Assembly (NCBI RefSeq): GCF_020745735.1
Contig: NC_083409.1
Coordinates: 11,339,052-11,403,051 of the forward strand
Length of the DNA stretch: 64,000 nucleotides
Direction of reading: 5' to 3'
DNA from: Hemiscyllium ocellatum
Taxonomy: Eukaryota
The notes under the pieces were generated by a model. That model did not search any database, was not told where the DNA came from, and saw nothing but the letters and a program-made list of their open reading frames with translations. A program made the translations under genes and the position numbers. Positions 59,001 to 64,000 of the stretch are shown in pieces; the stretch's first letter is position 1, and each line of letters begins with the position of its first letter.

Positions 59001-60600
59001 TGAAAACAGGAGAGACGAGGTAACCAAAGCACAGCCTCAGAATGAAGGGCCGACCCTTTCGAGATGAGATGAGGAGGAATTTCTTCAGCCAGAGGGTGGT
59101 GAATCTGTGGAACTCATTGTTACAGAGGACAGGGAGGCCAAGTCACTGAGTGTATTTAAGACAGAGATAGATAGGTTCATGGTTGTTAAGGGGATGGAAA
59201 GTTCCTGTGGAGTAGGCAGGAGAATGGGGGTGAGAAGCATATCTGCCAAGATCAAATGTTTTCTGGAGAGTTTCTCCAAAACCCTGGAACACTGAACCGA
59301 CTGAACACTGGACTGTGAGCCCTGATTTAGCTGTTTGTCATCACAACTTTGCAAAGAGATAATCCAAGAGTGGAGAGAGTGTGCATCCATGTGAGAACTT
59401 CAGAATGTTTCCCAGCTCCTGGAATACCATGAGTACAGGAAGTGTGGTCAGTGACAGCAGTTGGAGCTCCGGGTTTCGGAGGTGGACCAGCAGCTGGTGT
59501 CAGTGTGGAGCGTCCGTGAGGCTGAGAGCTCCATGGAGAAACGTTTCTAGATGTGGTCACTCTGCAGCTTCAGAGTATGCAGGGAGAGAGGGAATGGGGG
59601 AGCAGCAGACAGTCCAAAAGGATCAGGCAGCTAGTACAGGAATCCCCAGACATCCCACTCTCCAACCAGGATTCAGTTCAGAATCCTGATGAGAATGATG
59701 GTTCATCTGGGGAGTGTAGCCAGGGCGAAGTCCCTGGCACCACGGGGGGGGGGGGCAGCTGTACAGGGGGGCACAAAGAAGACTGGAAGAGCGATAGTGA
59801 GAGGAGATTGGAGAGTGAGGGCAGTCGATAGATGTTTCTGCAGCTGCAGATGGGAATCCAGGATGGTGTGTTGTCTCCCTGGTGCCAGCGTCAAGGATAT
59901 CACTGAGCGACTGCAGAGCACCCTGAGGGGAGAGGGGGAACAGGCAGCAGTCGTGGTCCACATCAGTCCCAGTGACAGAGGGAGGAAAGGGATGTGGTCC
60001 TGCAGTCAGAGGTTTTGGAGTTTCCTACTTTTAAGTAATCTGGAGCTTCCTACTTTTGAGTTCCTCCTGCTAATTAGTAGCAGGAACTCAAAAGTAGGAA
60101 TCTCCAGATTACTCCCAGTGCCCCACGCAAGTGAAGAAGGGCTCAGGCCCGAAACATCGACTCTCCTGCTCCTTGGATGCTATCTGACCTGCTGCGCTTT
60201 TCCAGCAACACATTTGCAGCACCCCACACAAGTGAGAATAGAATCAGGAGGTGAACACAGGTGATTGCTGGGCTGGAAAGAGGATCCATGAGGGAGGGCT
60301 TTAGATTTTTGTGAGGTGGTTTACTACTGTTAGAGAGAGTTTAAACTAACTTGGCAGGGCTGTGGGAGCCAGGGGCGAATATCAGAGAGGAATAACAAGG
60401 ACCACAGAATCCTCAGAGTAGTCAATAAGTCACCACACAGTGGGAAGGATGTGGAGGAATACAAATGCAAGGAATTTACAGAGACCTGCAAATATGATAG
60501 AGCCGTTATAAATGGGGGAGAGGGGGGTCTTTAATTTCTGAATATAGTGACCAGAGTGGCAAGAGTGTGTTTTGGTGAATTTTCAGGTGGCATTGGTGGA
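56040..60600 (+). mobile_element. Array of decayed CR1 copies (56040-56750 3' end; 57000-59260 APE-RT; 59300-60600 ORF1/esterase)
   Basis: Repeated CR1 motifs, including MVCCLPGASVKDITERLQS.L.GEGEQ..VVVHI of ORF1. Confidence 0.85.
60135..60221 (+). mobile_element. 87-bp PLE terminal-repeat insertion with a truncated hammerhead, inside CR1 ORF1
   Basis: AGAAGGGCTCAGGCCCGAAACATCGA...GCAACACATTTGCAGCA, flanked by CCCCACRCAAGTGA at 60121-60134 and 60222-60235. Confidence 0.85.
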
Positions 60601-60615
60601 TTCGTGGTGGCTCAG

Positions 60616-61260
60616 GGGTGGGGGTCAGCACGGTGGCTCAGTGGTTAGCACTGCAGCCTTATAGTACCAGGGCCCCAGGTTCGATTCCAGCCTTGGGTGA
60701 CTGTCTGTGTGGAGTTTGCGCATTCTCCCTGTGTCTGCGTGTTTCTCCTCCGGGTGCTCTGGTTTCCTTCCACAGTCCAAAGATGTGCAGGTCAGGTGAA
60801 TTGGCCATGCTAAATTGTCCATAATGTTTGATGCTGAAAATGTGTTGCTGGTTAAAGCACAGCAGGTCAGGCAGCATCCAAGGAACAGGAAATTCGATGT
60901 TTCGGGCCAGAGCCCTTCATCAGGAATGAGGAGAGGGTGCCAGGCAGGCTAAGATAAAAGGTAGGGAGGAGGGACTTGGGGGAGGGGCGATGGAGATGTG
61001 ATAGGTGGAAGGAGGTCAAGGTGAGGGTGATAGGCCGGAGTGGGGTGGGGACAGAGAGGTCAGGAAGAAGATTGCAGGTTAGGAGGGCAATGCTGAGTTC
61101 AAGGGAATCGACTGAGATTTCCCTCTCAGTAATGCATCAAACATAGTGTTTGATGCATTACTGAGAGGGAAATGGGTCTGGGTGGGTTACTCTTCGGAGG
61201 ATCGGTGTGGACTTGTTGGGCCGAAGGGCCTGTTTCCACACTGTGGAGAATCTAATCTAA
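60616..61260 (+). mobile_element. HE1-type SINE split by a PLE insertion (60616-60834 and 61143-61260)
   Basis: The 5' and 3' halves join across the TSD. Tail aatctaatctaatc. Confidence 0.88.
60835..61116 (-). mobile_element. PLE 3' fragment with a hammerhead (60892-60927), inserted in an HE1-type SINE
   Basis: Reverse complement matches the 3' end of the 47.6-kb PLE. Core ATTCCTGATGAAGGGCTCTGGCCCGAAACATCGAAT. TSD ATARTGTTTGATGC at 60821-60834 and 61143-61156. Confidence 0.88.
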
Positions 61261-61261
61261 T

Positions 61262-63680
61262 CATTGGCAGTGAAGAAGGCTGTCTAAGAATACAATGGAA
61301 TCTTGACCAACTGGGCCAGTGGGCTGAGGAATGGCAGATGGAGTTTAATTCAGATAAATGTGAGTGCTATATTTTGGTAAGACACAAGAGATGGGTGAGA
61401 TCCTGAACAAATATTTTAGGTCAGTATATATTGTGGGGAAAGCTAAGGAATTTGGAAAAACAGTGATGTCTTGAAAAGAGAACACATATAAATGAGGAGA
61501 CGCTAAAGATCTTAAAACACAGATAAACCCTAGGACCTGATCAGGTGTATCCCAGAACATTGTGGCAACTGGGGAAGAGATTTTTGGGACCCTTGCTGAG
61601 ATATATGTATCATCGGCAACCATGGATAAGGTGCTGGAGAAACAGAGAGGTTGGCTAAGATTATGCCATTATTTCAGAAAAGCTGTAAGGAAAAGCAAGG
61701 GAACGATAGACCAGTGAGCCTGATGTCAGTGCTGGGTAAGATGTTGGAGTGGATTCTGTGGGACAGGATTTACATCGTTTGGATAATCAGTGTGGTTTTG
61801 TGCATGGGAACTCACGTCTCCTGAATTTGATTCAGGAGGTGACAAAAAGGATTGATGAAGACAGAACAGTAGACATTGTCAATATGGACTTCAGAGTAAA
61901 GCGTTTGACAAGGTTCCACATGATAGACTGGTTAGTTAGGCTAGACCACATGGGATCCAGGGGGAGTGAGTCATTGGAGTCAAAAAATTGGCTTGAAGAT
62001 AGGAGACAGAGAGTGGTGGTAAAAGGTTGCTTTTCAGACTGGAGATCTGTGAATAGTTGTGTGCCGCAAGGATTGGTACTGAGTCCACAAATGCTTTTCA
62101 TCATTTAAAGAAATGATTTGGATGGGAATATAGGAGTTATGGTAAGTTTGTAAATGACACCAAAATTGGTGGGACAGTGGATAGTGAAGAAGATTATCTC
62201 AGGGTACAGCAGGACCTTGATCAGATGGGGCAATGGGCAGAAGAGTGGCAAATGGAATTCAGTTTAGATAAATGTGAGATGTTGCATTTTGGAAAGGCAA
62301 ACCAGGGCAGGAGTTATACAGTTAATGGGAGGGCCCTGTGGAGTGTTGCTGAATAACAGACCTAGGGGTGAAGATGCAGGTACATTATTCCTTGAAAGTG
62401 GGTCACAGGTAGACAGGGTGATGAAGAAGGTGTTTGGTTTGCTTGCTTTTGTTCATCACTGCATTGAGTCCAGGAGTTGGACCATCATGTTGCAGCAGTA
62501 CAGGAGATTGGTGAGGCCACTTTGGGAATGATGTGAACAATCCTATCATCCTGAGATAGGAAGGATGTTGTTAAACTTAAAAAGCTGCAGAAAAGACTTA
62601 CAAGGATGTGGCCAGGATTTGGAGGGTTCGAGCGACAGGGAAAAGCTGAAGAAACTGGGGCTATATTCCCTGCAGCATCTAAGGCCTCGGGGTGACGTTA
62701 TAGATGTTTATAAAACCATGACGGGCATGGACTGGGTGTATATTCAAGGTCTTTTCCGTGGGAAAGGGATTCCAAAACAAGAGGACATAATTTTACGGTG
62801 AGAGGCAAAAGATTCAAAAGGGACCTGAGGGGTAACCTGTCACGCAGAGGGTGGTGTGTGTCTGGATTGAGCTGCCAGAGAAAGTGTTGGAGGCAGATAC
62901 AGTTACAGCATTTAAAACACATTGGTATGGGTACATGGATAGGTTGGGTTTTGAGAGGTGTCAGCCAAATGCTGGCAAATGGGATGAGGTCAGTTTAGGA
63001 TATTTGGTTAGCATGGACAAGTTGGACTGAAAGGTCTGTTTCCACGCTGTATGACTCCATGACTATGAGCGGCTGGAAAAGCTGAGACTTCTTACCCTGA
63101 AGCGGAAGGTTCTGAGGAGTGACCTTGTAGAGGTTTGGAAAATCATGAGGGACATAGATAATGTGAAGAATTCTGGAAGGAGGCGAATGTTTTGTAGCGA
63201 TTGCAAAAATTGTTCCCAAAGATAATTCCAGGGATGAGGAACATCAGTTATGAAGTTTGATTGGAGAATTTGGGACTGTCTTCTTTGGAGAAGGCTGAGA
63301 GGAGATTTGTTCAAGGAATTCAAAATCAGGAAGGGCCTGGACAGAGTAAATAGGGAGAAAATGTTCCCAATTAAGAAAGGATTCAGACCAAGAGACCACA
63401 GATTGAAAGTAATTGGGAAAAGGAACAAAATTGAGATGGGGAGCAACATTTTCAGCCAATGAGTGTTAAGGTATGGAATGCACTGCCTGAGAGTGTGGTG
63501 GAGGCAGCTTCAATTAAAACATTCCGAAGGGATGAGGCTGTTATTTGAAAAGGAACAATGTGCAGAGTGACAGGGAGAAGGCAGGAGAATGACACTCAGT
63601 GAATTGCTCATTCAGAGAGCCAGTCCAGACAGGATGGGTGGAATGGCCACCTTGTGCACTGTAACAATTCTGTGATTGTG
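61262..63680 (+). mobile_element. Tandem decayed CR1 fragments
   Basis: VPQGLVL, W.MEF..DKC, LRGDL..FKI.KGLDRV motifs and CR1 3' tails. Confidence 0.85.
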
Positions 63681-63730
63681 TGATTGAGCAGAGTTAAAGC
63701 TGGGGGAGGTGGGAGCTCGGTGTCTCACTG

Positions 63731-63756
63731 TGCTGCTGCTGCTGCTGCTGCTGCTG
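63731..63756 (+). repeat. (TGC)8-9 trinucleotide repeat
   Basis: tgctgctgctgctgctgctgctgctg. Confidence 0.95.
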
Positions 63757-64000
63757 ATGAGGTCAGTGAGATCAGAGACTGGGACAGGGAGCCAGAGCTC
63801 ACATCAAAATCTGCCTGTGTCTGTCACACTGAGACTGGCAGGAGGCTGCTCACTGATTTCACTCCATGCTGCAGGAATGGGACCACAGGCTGAAAATGGA
63901 CAGAGCTCCTCCACACAGTGAGTAAAACTGACTGACTTCTGTCTTGCTGCTTAAGCGGGGCAATGGAACGAAAGAAATACAGCAGGACACCCTGTTCGAC

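Noticed and set aside
60436-60475. CACAGTG heptamer upstream of C copy 2
   Set aside because: It sits inside CR1 sequence, with no correctly spaced nonamer and no J motif.
63914-63955. CACAGTG heptamer as an RSS
   Set aside because: No ACAAAAACC-like nonamer at 12 or 23 nt, and no V exon before it. It overlaps a plausible splice donor instead.
1-64000. CRISPR arrays, prokaryotic operons, rRNA
   Set aside because: None seen. The recurring motifs are dispersed vertebrate retroelement copies, not regularly spaced repeats with spacers.

Overview
This is eukaryotic genomic DNA from a cartilaginous fish. The evidence is HE1-type V-SINEs, shark CR1/L2/L1/Penelope retroelements and shark-type Ig light-chain C exons; a carpet shark is likely, but that is inference. 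No prokaryotic features, rRNA, true tRNA or CRISPR arrays are present. (1) At 1.5-28.2 kb (+) lie the last 12 exons of a CEP350-family gene. They splice into one uninterrupted frame of 683 aa to the stop and skip about 900 aa of canonical CEP350, including the CAP-Gly domain. (2) Two Ig kappa-type light-chain constant exons form a convergent inverted duplication (38.2 kb +, 55.3 kb -). No V, J or RSS was found, and the two copies carry different deletions. (3) The retroelement landscape is dense and nested: a full-length L1 fossil with a CR1 inside it, a near full-length CR1 with two SINEs inside it, and a young, almost intact Penelope-like element (RT + GIY-YIG, perfect 13-bp TSD). Several short Penelope terminal-repeat insertions carry minimal hammerhead ribozyme cores, form palindromes and have 13-15 bp TSDs. 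Weak hints of an unidentified minus-strand gene (45.6-52.7 kb) and of a gene start at the right edge are also noted. All homology statements come from recall and by-eye reading, not from database searches.
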